A stretch of DNA of 64,000 bases from Acaryochloridaceae cyanobacterium VAR_48_metabat_390 (GCA_031422435.1 JANPLU010000107.1:32001-96000), one strand, 5' to 3'. Positions 49,107-59,227 are shown, counted from the first letter of the stretch. The notes: generated from the letters alone by a model not told the origin. Numbers and translations: made by a program.

Positions 49107-51152
49107 TTAGGGTTCATCCCACTCAACGCCATCAATTTTTTCTTCCAGCGCTAGAGGTACAGAAATCTCAACCTCCGGCGTTCCCTCTAAATTTACGATC
49201 GCCCCATTAAAAAACTGGGCAAAATCTTTGGTGGCATGGGTTAAGGCATCAAAGGTTTCCCACACAGGTGAAGCTGTTGCTGAAGGCGCTTCGACGGTCG
49301 GGGGCTGAGTCGTAACGGCTCGAGGTGGCGGCGGCTCAGGGGCAGGTCGAGGAGGTGCAACCGAAACAGCTTGCGCGACCGCCTGTCGCGGAGGATTCAC
49401 TGGCTCTGGAAAATACTGTGAGGGAGGGGGAGTAGGGGCAGGCACATGATTGACGGGAGCAGCGGCAGGCGGCTCCGCTTCCGTCATGATTTGGATGCTT
49501 ACCCCGACCTTGCGGTTAAACACCTTCAAGAAAGCAGCCTCAACATCCGGTATCTTGCTGTGCAGCACGCGGGCTAAAGAGCCATTGCGAATCCCAATTT
49601 GTGCCTCTCGCCCCCGAAAGGCAATGAGCTGACCGTGCTGACTCAAGAGCGCCCGAGACGGTCGATGGAGATGCTCTAGTAGCTGATGCCAGAGCTGATC
49701 TAAATTGAGTTCGGATGCCTCTACAGGTGGCGGCGGCGTTGGCGTCGCATAAGCGGCAGGTGTTGAAGCAGCCACTTTTGGGGCAGCCTCCGGTAGTGTG
49801 CTAGTCGGCTGTGGTGGTGCAATGGGTGCAGGCATTTCAGAAACAGCAATATCACTCGGCCAAAACTCGTCATTATTTGTTGTGGCAGGTGGGGCGGCGA
49901 TCGCCTCCCTTACAGAACTGACACCCACCGCAGCCGTAGGCGGCGCACCATTGACCGGAAATGCTGGCGGCATCACATTTGCTGGGGGCATCTGCGGCAG
50001 TATTGCCGCCACAGGCTGAAACCCCGATGGAGGTGCAAAGTTTGGTGCTGTAACCTGAGGTGCAGTAAAGGGAATTAGCCCCAGTAAGGTGACTTCTAGC
50101 CAAAGGCGTGGCTGAGTGGTGTTTTTAATCTGAATTTCGCAGGTGCGCAGATGCTGCTGCCCAGCCAAAATTGTGTTGAGGTCAACGGCCTGGGCAAACC
50201 GACAGAGTGCATCCCAGGTAGCTTCTGTGAGCGCTACTAAGTCTCGGCGTTTGGGCGCGGTTTTGGCAATGAGTAAATCTCGATAAAATCCCGTCAGATT
50301 TTGCAGAACGGTCAAGGGTTCTCGACCCCGATCCAGTAGATGCCGCGTCCGGTCAAGGATCGTTTCTGGGTTGGCGGTGGCGATCGCCTCTGCCAGTGCC
50401 AACAGATCCTGTTCTGGCACTGAACCCACCAAGTCCCAAACGCGATCAATGGTAATTTCCCCTGCTAGCAGGCTGAGCTGATCGAGCAGACTTTCGGCAT
50501 CTCGCAGGCCACCTTGAGAAATTTGGGCAACGAGTTCTACGGCGGTGGGGGCGATCGCAATGTTTTCTTGCTGGGCAATGTAGATTAAGTGATCCACCAT
50601 TGGCTGGAGCGGAATCCGGCGAAAGTCAAACCGCTGACAGCGCGAAATAATGGTGGGCAGCACCCGCTGTGGGTCGGTGGTCGCCAGAATAAACACCACG
50701 CGGTCGGGCGGCTCTTCTAGGGTTTTGAGCAGCGCATTAAAGGCTGCCGTGCTGAGCATGTGAACTTCATCTAAGCAGTAAATTTTGTAGCGGCACTGGA
50801 CGGGGGCAAACTGGGCACGCTCAATCAGCTCCCGAATGTTGTCTACCCCCGTATTGCTGGCGGCGTCAATTTCAATAACGTCTAGGGCGTTGCCCCTAGT
50901 GATGGACTGACAAACCTCACAAACCCCACAGGGTTCTGGCGTAGGGACATCCGTGCTGATGCAGTTAAGAGATTTTGCTAAAATTCGAGCGCTAGACGTT
51001 TTACCCGTGCCCCGTGGCCCTGTAAGGAGGTAGGCAGGCGCAATCCGGCGCAGGCGCATGGCGTTGCTGAGGGTGGTAGTAATGGCATCCTGTCCCACCA
51101 AATCTGCAAAGGTTTGGGGACGGTACTTATGGTGAAGGGGTTCGTAACTCAC
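49107..51152 (-). CDS. dnaX: DNA polymerase III subunit gamma/tau
   Basis: KYRPQTF, GPRGTGKTS, zinc Cys motif, EIDAAS, DEVHML, SRC; Pro/Ala-rich linker. GTG at 51152 preferred. Confidence 0.96.
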   Translation of the reverse strand: MSYEPLHHKYRPQTFADLVGQDAITTTLSNAMRLRRIAPAYLLTGPRGTGKTSSARILAKSLNCISTDVPTPEPCGVCEVCQSITRGNALDVIEIDAASNTGVDNIRELIERAQFAPVQCRYKIYCLDEVHMLSTAAFNALLKTLEEPPDRVVFILATTDPQRVLPTIISRCQRFDFRRIPLQPMVDHLIYIAQQENIAIAPTAVELVAQISQGGLRDAESLLDQLSLLAGEITIDRVWDLVGSVPEQDLLALAEAIATANPETILDRTRHLLDRGREPLTVLQNLTGFYRDLLIAKTAPKRRDLVALTEATWDALCRFAQAVDLNTILAGQQHLRTCEIQIKNTTQPRLWLEVTLLGLIPFTAPQVTAPNFAPPSGFQPVAAILPQMPPANVMPPAFPVNGAPPTAAVGVSSVREAIAAPPATTNNDEFWPSDIAVSEMPAPIAPPQPTSTLPEAAPKVAASTPAAYATPTPPPPVEASELNLDQLWHQLLEHLHRPSRALLSQHGQLIAFRGREAQIGIRNGSLARVLHSKIPDVEAAFLKVFNRKVGVSIQIMTEAEPPAAAPVNHVPAPTPPPSQYFPEPVNPPRQAVAQAVSVAPPRPAPEPPPPRAVTTQPPTVEAPSATASPVWETFDALTHATKDFAQFFNGAIVNLEGTPEVEISVPLALEEKIDGVEWDEP

Positions 51153-51592
51153 CGGCGGGCTGCTCAAAAAGGCGTCTCTAATGTCATCATCGCATCACCG
51201 TCTGCTGATGCAGGATTAAAGATGATGATAACGTTTTGCTTCGCTTCGCTGAATACCGTAGATAGACTGGCGCAGGATAGCGTCTTGAACCGTTGAGGTT
51301 ATTGCACCGCAAGCGCTCTTTCATTAGCAGGATTGAAATTAGTGGGAGGTCAAAATCAGAAAACTTTTGGGCAAAGGCTCAAGAAGTATAAGTTAACTTA
51401 TGCAAAATATTGCGAAAAACCAGCAGCTTTAGATTTACTGGGTCTCAATATTGTGCTGTAAAAAGCCAAGCTATCCATAGCAATAAACTTTATTATTTTT
51501 TATTCATAGATAAATTTTTCTGGCACGATATACACTAACAACTGTAATTAACATCATAATATTCAGCACGTCCATCATAATAAACTGAGGGG

Positions 51593-53962
51593 ATGGAAAT
51601 GACTATCTCAGATGCAGAGACGATTGAGGAGATCGCCCACCTTATTACTCGCCACATTGATCGACAGCAGAATAGCCCCAGACAACGCGATCAGCACCCG
51701 AAACAGCATGGTTGTGTAAAAGCCTACTTTTGTATAGAACCCCACCTATGGGAAAAATTGCCCCAAGCCTGCCGCGTTGGGTTATGGCATCAGCCCCAAA
51801 CCTTTTCTGCCTGGGTTCGGTTTTCTAACCTTAAAGACACCGATGATTCTAAGGGCGATATCCACGGAATGGCAGTCAAAGTCATGGTGGAAGGCGGCGA
51901 TCGCAATCAGCAAGAGCCAGAGAACCAGACAACCACCCAAGACTTTGTTTTCATTGACGTGCCGCGCTTTTTCATGAAAGGAGTGCAGCCCTACCTAGAA
52001 CTTTTTCAGATTTTAGATTTAGCAGCAGCCCTCAAAGATCCGTCTGTAACCGAGCCACCCTCTAAAAATAAATGGGTGCTGTTCCTGAAGATTTTAGGTC
52101 GGCTACTTGCATTTTTGTTCCCTAGCTTTTTTCCTAGTCAATGGCGCTTGCGCGAAATTTGGATTCTGGTCAGCGCCAAAATTCAGAAAAAGCGGTCTAA
52201 ACTCTCTAGCCCTCTCGATCAGTCTTACTGGAGTACAACCACTTATCGCCTTGGTAATTCCGAGCAGGCCATGAAGTATTTTGTCAGACCCAGCGTGATC
52301 AACCAGGCTTCTAAGCCCAAGCGCCACACGCCCAACTATTTACGAGATGCCTTGGTAGAGCATCTCACCCATCAGCAAAAACCTGCTCGGTTTGATTTTT
52401 ATATTCAGGTTAAACCAAACCCTACCCCAGCCGACCTCGATGACCCCACCACAGAATGGAAGGATGCTCCAGAATACAAAGTTGCCACGATTGAAATTCC
52501 GCCCCAGCAGTTTTACACAGCGGCAGAACCAGCCTTTGGCGAAGATTTTTCGTTTACGCCCTGGCTCTGTTTACCAGAGCATGAACCCTTAGGCAGCATT
52601 AATACCATTCGCCGTTTGGTTTATCAGCAGGCGGCTCAGCGCCGTAATAACCTAAACCAGAAAGCAGGTTTGTCTTCACCTAAGCCACCGCAAGAATTGC
52701 CTAGGCAATCGCCCATCGGACAGTCCCCCCTCACTGCAATTTTCCCCTTGCGTCCCGACACTTTCGATGCACTTAAGCTTGAGCTAGCGCAAGTTGCCGA
52801 GCAGATTAAAGATCGTACCAACACGTTCTTTATAAAATCGCCCTCCACCCACTTTGCCCGCTGGGTGATTTTGGATGATCCTGAGCAAAATGTTGCGCCC
52901 CATCTGCTGTTTGTCAGCAACCACGACGGTTCTGCTACAGCGTATCTCCAAGAGCTAGTGGAAACTATGGGCGCTGAGATGGAAGCCATCTGGATGCACT
53001 GCGAAGGCTTTAACCCTGGCGATGCCCTAGATGCTGAAACCTTTACGCGGTTTGTTTTGAAGTATGCGCTCAACACCCAAGCCTTTTATGTCGGCTGTCG
53101 AGACACAACGGCTCAAGAAATTTTGGCCGCTAAAACGCTGCGTCAGCGAATTGATCAGCTTGCCCAAGCCCGCGCCGCCGATCTCGAAGCCCCGCTGACA
53201 GAACTCTCTGCCCTCACCCCAGCAAGACCGCCGGACTCGCCCTTTCCTCTAGGGCTGCTTCCCCTTGTGGGGCTGTCTCGCACCCTTTCGCTGGGGCTAC
53301 AGTCTTGGGTGGGCATTTTCCCGCAGCGCAATAACCCAGGCGATCGATTTAAGCCCTTGCCCAACCAATTGGCTCGAATGCAGACCTGCGATCAGATTGA
53401 AGACCAGTTGGTTGCCAATGGCATTTTGCCCAATCAGCTCACTACGCTGTCACCTATTAAGTCTGAGTTTCATAAGTTCATGCTTAAGACAACGCTGTGG
53501 CTGATCAATCAGGTAGCGAAAACCTCACGGGGTACGCTGGTGGGCATTTCTACTATTCACTTTGCGCGATGGGTGATTGTCGATAAAGGCATCCTCAACA
53601 ATAGCCGCACGTCTTACCTCATTTTTGAAAGCAACTATCGGGGCAGTTGGGACAGCTATCTGGATGATTTTGTTTACAAAACCCTCATCCCCATGAATCT
53701 GCTGTGGGGGAATTTAGAAGGCTTTCCGAGTAAGGGCTGTCAAGATATTGAGATGTTTAAGCAGCACCAGCGGCCTCGTCAGTTTCCGGCGCAGGTGTAT
53801 TACTGCGCCTATCCAGAACTAACGGTGCAAAATATTGTGTGCGATCGCAATTTAGCCAAGGCCATCAGAGATCTTAAAGACTACCTCAGCGGTGCCTATA
53901 GCCTTCTCTCTACTGCACAAGATCCGCTGTTGATGCGTCTAATTAAATTGATGGGTGAGTAA
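51593..53962 (+). CDS. catalase-related haem domain fused to two tandem HFARW domains
   Basis: RDQHPKQHGC, WVRFSN, DIHGMAVKV, FDFYIQ, FTPW...HEPLGSIN..RRLVY; then two repeats, THFARWVIL..LLFVSNHDG and IHFARWVIV..LIFESNYRG. Confidence 0.8.
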   Translation: MEMTISDAETIEEIAHLITRHIDRQQNSPRQRDQHPKQHGCVKAYFCIEPHLWEKLPQACRVGLWHQPQTFSAWVRFSNLKDTDDSKGDIHGMAVKVMVEGGDRNQQEPENQTTTQDFVFIDVPRFFMKGVQPYLELFQILDLAAALKDPSVTEPPSKNKWVLFLKILGRLLAFLFPSFFPSQWRLREIWILVSAKIQKKRSKLSSPLDQSYWSTTTYRLGNSEQAMKYFVRPSVINQASKPKRHTPNYLRDALVEHLTHQQKPARFDFYIQVKPNPTPADLDDPTTEWKDAPEYKVATIEIPPQQFYTAAEPAFGEDFSFTPWLCLPEHEPLGSINTIRRLVYQQAAQRRNNLNQKAGLSSPKPPQELPRQSPIGQSPLTAIFPLRPDTFDALKLELAQVAEQIKDRTNTFFIKSPSTHFARWVILDDPEQNVAPHLLFVSNHDGSATAYLQELVETMGAEMEAIWMHCEGFNPGDALDAETFTRFVLKYALNTQAFYVGCRDTTAQEILAAKTLRQRIDQLAQARAADLEAPLTELSALTPARPPDSPFPLGLLPLVGLSRTLSLGLQSWVGIFPQRNNPGDRFKPLPNQLARMQTCDQIEDQLVANGILPNQLTTLSPIKSEFHKFMLKTTLWLINQVAKTSRGTLVGISTIHFARWVIVDKGILNNSRTSYLIFESNYRGSWDSYLDDFVYKTLIPMNLLWGNLEGFPSKGCQDIEMFKQHQRPRQFPAQVYYCAYPELTVQNIVCDRNLAKAIRDLKDYLSGAYSLLSTAQDPLLMRLIKLMGE

Positions 53963-54001
53963 GTTCAGTCGTGATTGTGATGCAGTGTAGAGGAGTTTTC
54001 C

Positions 54002-55474
54002 ATGCTGAGTGCAGAACCGAGCGAGGAACCACAGGTCGAGACTTCCCTTGAGCTAAAAGAGATTCAGGGCATTATTGTGAGCGGCTATGGTCACTTGTCT
54101 CATTCCAAGTATCTGTTTGTACAGATTGAGAATGCAGAGAAGGCCAAAGACTGGCTGCGATCGCTCCTTAAAAACCACCGCATCACCAGCGCTCAGCGGG
54201 ATGCAAAGCCTCTTGTTGCCGTGAATTTAGCGCTAACCTATGCAGGGCTGCAAAAGCTGAACGCCTCAGACGATTTACTGCAAAGTTTCCCGAAAGAATT
54301 TGTCGAAGGCATGACCACACCCAAGAAGTCAGAGCAGCTTGGCGATCTGGGTATTAACGCCCCCCAATATTGGGGAAAACCCTATCATCCCAACTCAGAA
54401 GCGGTTGATCTTCTGCTCATTTTGCAGGCAGGTGCAGAAGCCCTAGATGCACTTTACACCGAATATGAGAGGCAGCTAGAACCCAATGGCCTAAAGCTTC
54501 TCACGGTTGAGACAGGGTATATCCCAGCAGACAGCAAAGAGCATTTTGGCTTCTATGACAGTATTTCTCAGCCAATTATTGAGGGTAGCCCCCAAGAGAG
54601 TAAGGCGAAAAACAGTAGCGCCCAAGACCTCACCAAAGCCGGAGAATTTATCTTGGGCTATCTCAATGAGGATGGCAACTATCCTTCTACCCCAACCGTT
54701 CCCACCTCTCAAGATCATACCCACGTCCTACCGCTGCTGCCCGAAACGGCGCTTAAAGACTTTGGACGCAACGGCAGCTACTTTGTCTTTCGCAAAATCG
54801 CCCAAGATGTGGCAGGCTTCCGGCGATATTTTCAGGAATCATTCAGCACTCCTGAAGAACGCACCCTTATGATGTCTAAGGTGGTGGGGCGGTGGCCTTC
54901 CGGTGCCCCGTTGGTGCAGGCACCAGAGGCAGATCCTTTGGGCGATCGCCTCCCCAATAACGACTTCTTAGCAAACCATAACGACTTCACTTACCGCACC
55001 GAAGACCCCCAAGGCTTCCGCTGCCCGTTTAGTAGCCACATTCGCCGCACCAATCCACGAGATTCTTTAGGGCAAGATGCCGACGAATCAATCAAAAGTT
55101 CACGGCGGCGACGGCTATTGCGCCGAGGCGCTGTCTATGGCGACCCGCTCCCCCAAGGCATTACAGAAGATGATGGACAGGCTAGAGGACTGCTGTTTTT
55201 TTGCATCAATGCCAATATCCGGCGACAGTTTGAGTTTGTGCAGCAAAGCTGGGTGAACGCCCCCACCTTTAATGGCCTGTACGATGAGCGTGACCCGCTA
55301 GTAGGCTATAACCCTGACAACTTACCGCGCACAATGGTGATTCCTCAAGTGCCCCTCAGCCGAAGCCTTAGCCTGCCTAACTTTGTCACCCTCAAAGGCG
55401 GAGCCTATTTTTTCTTGCCTAGCCTTTCAGCACTAAACTTTCTGGCGGCAGTATCGGTTCCGGCTCAGCGCTGA
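54002..55474 (+). CDS. DyP-type (dye-decolorizing) peroxidase
   Basis: IQGII, EHFGFYDSISQP, GEFILGY, NGSYFVFRKIAQDV, VGRWPSG, proximal HIRRTNPR, distal RRGAVYG, QFEFVQ, GGAYFFLPS. AGGAG RBS. Confidence 0.9.
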   Translation: MLSAEPSEEPQVETSLELKEIQGIIVSGYGHLSHSKYLFVQIENAEKAKDWLRSLLKNHRITSAQRDAKPLVAVNLALTYAGLQKLNASDDLLQSFPKEFVEGMTTPKKSEQLGDLGINAPQYWGKPYHPNSEAVDLLLILQAGAEALDALYTEYERQLEPNGLKLLTVETGYIPADSKEHFGFYDSISQPIIEGSPQESKAKNSSAQDLTKAGEFILGYLNEDGNYPSTPTVPTSQDHTHVLPLLPETALKDFGRNGSYFVFRKIAQDVAGFRRYFQESFSTPEERTLMMSKVVGRWPSGAPLVQAPEADPLGDRLPNNDFLANHNDFTYRTEDPQGFRCPFSSHIRRTNPRDSLGQDADESIKSSRRRRLLRRGAVYGDPLPQGITEDDGQARGLLFFCINANIRRQFEFVQQSWVNAPTFNGLYDERDPLVGYNPDNLPRTMVIPQVPLSRSLSLPNFVTLKGGAYFFLPSLSALNFLAAVSVPAQR

Positions 55475-58400
55475 AGCCATCCCAGGCGGACTCTTGGTGC
55501 GCAGCTATCGCCCCTAACGTCACCAAAGAAGACTTTTGCGCGTCTGTCAGCCCCGTTACGCCCTCAATATTCATTTGGTCGTAGGGTCTGTCTTCTTGAA
55601 AAGTTTGAACACATTGCCCAGTGGCAACATTCCAACGCTTAATGGTTCCTTCTTGGGCGGCACTAAACAGTTCTAGCGTCTGCGGATGAAACGCTACCGA
55701 CCAAACCTCTCGCTCATGACCTGTAAGGGTTTGGGTGCAGTTGCCATCTGGGATAGACCAAAGCCTAACGATTGCGTCATTACTACCGCTGGCGATCGCA
55801 TCTCCCTTGGGGCTAAACACCACAGACCACACCGAACCCGAATGCCCTTCTAGGGTTTTCAGACAGTCACCAGACGCAACATCCCAAAGCCGAATTGTTT
55901 TATCATCGCTGCCGCTCACCAATAGGGTTCCGTCTGGGCTAAAGCTGGCGCTAAAAATTAGGCTGGTGTGCCCTGTCAACACACGCAGACAGGTGCTAGA
56001 GGCGACATCCCATAGGCTGACGAGGCGTTCTCCATGTCCACAGGCGAGGGTTTTGCCATCGGGGCTAAAGGTGACAGTCCACACCCGTCCACCCTGGGGC
56101 AAAATGCCGAGGCATTCCCCTGATTGGACATCCCATAGCCGCACGGTGGTATCGTCGCTGGCACTGGCAAGGGTGCGTCCATCGGGGCTAAAGTCTACTG
56201 CAAACACAAGACTGAGGTGGCCTTGAAGGGTTTTAATCGGTTTCCAGGTAGAGGTTTGCCAAAGTTTAATGGTGTTGTCGTTGCTGCTGCTGGCTAAAAG
56301 CTGCTGATTGGGGCTAAACACAACGCTCCAAATCCAGCTCGAATGGGCTTCTACCGATCGCAGACATTCGCCAGAGCTTAAAGACCACTGGTTGATTTTT
56401 TTGTTATCGCCACTGCTGATGAGACATTGCCCATCGGGGCTAAAGGCGAGAGATTTAATGCCTGTGCTGTAGCCCTTTAAGGTTCGCAGAGACTGTCCGG
56501 TTTGAGGGTTCCAGAGCTTCACGGTGCTGTCGTTGCTACCGCTCACCAATAGAGTTCCGCTGGGGTGAAAGGCCACAGACCACACCCCATTGGGGTGGCC
56601 TTTGAGGGTTTTGACACATTGACCAGAGGTAATATTCCACAGGCGAATGGTGCAGTCTTGGCTCCCTGTTGCTAAAAGGGGTAAAGCCGCTTCGCTAGCG
56701 TCTTCATTCGCAAGAGCAGGGGCAAACGCAACGCAGACGACGGGCTGAAGGTGGCCTTTGAGCGATCGCAGACATTCCCCTGTCTCTACCTGCCAAATAT
56801 CTACGGTGCAGTCAATGCCACCCGTTGCTAAAAATGCGCCGTCAGGGCTAAAGGCAAGGGAACGCACGCGATTAATGCGCCCTTGCAGCAGTTCTATGGC
56901 GGTGCCTGTCGCAAGGCTCCACAGCCGAATGGTTTTATCGGCGGAGCTGCTGGCAATGGTTTTGCCATCGGGGCTGTAGGCCAAAGACCACACCGTACTT
57001 TCGTGGCCTTTGAGGGTAGTGAGACACTGGCTGCTGGCAATATCCCACACCTTTACCCTATGGTCATCGGCACCGCTCACAAGGGTTGCCCCGTCAGGGC
57101 TAAAGGCGATCGCCCACACCCACCCCTCATGACCAGAAAGGGTTTTGAGGCACTGCCCTGTTGCCAAATTCCAGAGCTTCACAGTTTTATCAAAACTGCC
57201 GCTGGCAAGGGTTTGACCGTCGGGGCTAAAGGCTACGGCGCAAACCCAGTTGCTGTGCCCTTCACAGGTCAACACCTCTTTATAGCCCTCTACCTGCCAA
57301 ACGCGCACCTTATCGTCCGCGCTGCCCATGGCAAAGCGCTTTCCGTCGGGGCTAAAGGCCACAGAAAGCGTCGCGCTTAAGACCGCTGTAAACGAAGACC
57401 GAGACAAATCGGCATGGGCAAAGTTGACGTGGGAGAGATTGGCATCCACCAGGTATGCCTGCCAAATTGCCAGATAAGAGCAGTCTAGACCGCTAAAGTT
57501 CGCTCCCAGCTCCCGCAGCAGATTAAGGAGATTGCCCCCCACATAGCCCGCTTGCAGCGGCGCATCTGCTCTGGTTTTTGCCAAAAGGTCTTTTAGACAC
57601 TGCTCAATACGAGGTTTGCTCTCTAAAACATCTTGCAGCCGCGCCAGCACAGGCCGCAGCACAAACTGAATTTGCGCCTGTCTCACATAGTCTTTGGCCT
57701 GTGCCTTAATGAGCGCATAGGTTTTGAGCAGCGCCTGCTGCTGGCTCAAGATTTCGTCACTCACGCCCATCACTAAGCGATTTGTGACGTACTCCATCAC
57801 CACTGGCTCTAGAGAAAACAGCCGACCGTGCTGCACAATTAAGCTGCGATGCCGCAAAGAACGAATCACTTCAGGCATGAGCAGGCTGTCCTGCACAATA
57901 TCTAACTCTAAATCAGCGATCAAGACAGGCTCACGACTGACCGCTAACCAATAAATTACCTGCCGCTCTGCTGCCGAAAGTCGATTAAAGTGCCGCGCCA
58001 GTAGGTCATTGATATCGTCAAACTGAAGCACGCCCCGCCGCATGTATGGAATAGCGTTGGCGACATTGCCATCCAACAGGTCATGCACCGCAGACGCAAT
58101 AATCTTAAGCGCCAAGGGGTTGCCTGCATAGTGCTGCAAGATTTCGGTTAAGGCTTCTGGGGCAATATCCACTAAGCCTTTATCGGCAAATAGCGCCTGT
58201 GCTTCGATATGGTCAAGACCTTCAAGGGAGAGCGATCGCACGGGTAATGTCCTACCTTCGCGTTGGGCAAGTCCCTTCGGCTTCTCTCGACTGGTGATGA
58301 GGACGCAGCTTTGGTGCTGGCTTTCGGCAATGCAGCGCAAAAGCTGACCATAGCCTTCGTAGCCCGCACTGTAGGCTCCCGAAGTACCGCTCATTAAAAC

Positions 58401-59144
58401 AGATTCCCAGTTGTCTAGTACCACTAAACACCGATGCTGTCGCAGATAGTGCAGCAGACGCGCCAACTGAGCATCGGGGCTATCGGGCAGCGCAGATTCT
58501 TGCTGTAGCGACAAAAAATGAATCAGAGAAGCCAGCAGATCTTCAAAGGCTGGCACATTCCGTAGCGATCGCCAAAAGACAAATTCAAACTGCTCCTGAA
58601 GCTGTGCCGAGAGCTTCACCGAGAGCGTCGTTTTACCAATGCCGCCCATGCCTAACAGCGAGACTAGACGACAGCGATCGCCCACAACCCACTGCTCTAG
58701 GGTTTGAAGTTCTTCAGTGCGCCCATAAAACACAGAGCTATCAATGACATCTCCCCAATCAGCTTGGGTGGTAGACGCAGCTTTGCCTAAACCTGAATTC
58801 TCAAGCTGTTTTGCGACAGGATCGGGTTCTGACTCAGCCCAAAACGTTTTTTCTTTGGTTAAGGTTTTTGGCTCTAAATGTTTTCGACCATAGCGTTCTA
58901 GCGCCGCCCTAAAACTGGTTTTGCTGACCTTTTCCCCCATCACTTGAGACAGCAATTTCCATAGCTTAGGCCCTACGTCTTGACGTAGATACTGAGCCGT
59001 ATAGTGATGTGCTTCTGCAATTTCTTCATAGCCCTGACCCTGCCAGGAACCCCGAAACACCAGAACTTCTGTGTCTCTCAGATGCCTTTGCATACTTTCG
59101 TAAACAGCAGCATCAATCAAGAAAATTAGCTCATCAAAATCCAC
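55419..59144 (-). CDS. STAND NTPase: N-terminal HTH-like domain, NB-ARC, pentapeptide linker and about 14 WD40 repeats
   Basis: YEEIAE...GPKLWKLLS N-terminus, FYGRTEEL, Walker A GMGGIGKT, Walker B LVVLDN, ITSRE, GNPLAL, repeated GH..VWSVAFSPDG..LASGS.D.TVKLW. Confidence 0.93.
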   Translation of the reverse strand: MDFDELIFLIDAAVYESMQRHLRDTEVLVFRGSWQGQGYEEIAEAHHYTAQYLRQDVGPKLWKLLSQVMGEKVSKTSFRAALERYGRKHLEPKTLTKEKTFWAESEPDPVAKQLENSGLGKAASTTQADWGDVIDSSVFYGRTEELQTLEQWVVGDRCRLVSLLGMGGIGKTTLSVKLSAQLQEQFEFVFWRSLRNVPAFEDLLASLIHFLSLQQESALPDSPDAQLARLLHYLRQHRCLVVLDNWESVLMSGTSGAYSAGYEGYGQLLRCIAESQHQSCVLITSREKPKGLAQREGRTLPVRSLSLEGLDHIEAQALFADKGLVDIAPEALTEILQHYAGNPLALKIIASAVHDLLDGNVANAIPYMRRGVLQFDDINDLLARHFNRLSAAERQVIYWLAVSREPVLIADLELDIVQDSLLMPEVIRSLRHRSLIVQHGRLFSLEPVVMEYVTNRLVMGVSDEILSQQQALLKTYALIKAQAKDYVRQAQIQFVLRPVLARLQDVLESKPRIEQCLKDLLAKTRADAPLQAGYVGGNLLNLLRELGANFSGLDCSYLAIWQAYLVDANLSHVNFAHADLSRSSFTAVLSATLSVAFSPDGKRFAMGSADDKVRVWQVEGYKEVLTCEGHSNWVCAVAFSPDGQTLASGSFDKTVKLWNLATGQCLKTLSGHEGWVWAIAFSPDGATLVSGADDHRVKVWDIASSQCLTTLKGHESTVWSLAYSPDGKTIASSSADKTIRLWSLATGTAIELLQGRINRVRSLAFSPDGAFLATGGIDCTVDIWQVETGECLRSLKGHLQPVVCVAFAPALANEDASEAALPLLATGSQDCTIRLWNITSGQCVKTLKGHPNGVWSVAFHPSGTLLVSGSNDSTVKLWNPQTGQSLRTLKGYSTGIKSLAFSPDGQCLISSGDNKKINQWSLSSGECLRSVEAHSSWIWSVVFSPNQQLLASSSNDNTIKLWQTSTWKPIKTLQGHLSLVFAVDFSPDGRTLASASDDTTVRLWDVQSGECLGILPQGGRVWTVTFSPDGKTLACGHGERLVSLWDVASSTCLRVLTGHTSLIFSASFSPDGTLLVSGSDDKTIRLWDVASGDCLKTLEGHSGSVWSVVFSPKGDAIASGSNDAIVRLWSIPDGNCTQTLTGHEREVWSVAFHPQTLELFSAAQEGTIKRWNVATGQCVQTFQEDRPYDQMNIEGVTGLTDAQKSSLVTLGAIAAHQESAWDGFSAEPEPILPPESLVLKG

Positions 59145-59227
59145 AGGCTCATGCTCAGCACCACTTCTTCTCTATAGAATACCGAACAATTTCTTGCCTG
59201 TGGTTGACAAACGTAAGTCAATCGCCC

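Noticed and set aside
50755..50790. Possible DnaX intein
   Set aside because: The Walker B region reads continuously (YCLDEVHML) with no insertion. The extra length is a Pro/Ala-rich linker.
55735..57380. Long antisense ORFs (163 and 165 aa) and repetitive DNA in the STAND gene
   Set aside because: These are shadows of WD40 repeat codon periodicity, not independent genes or a DNA repeat array.
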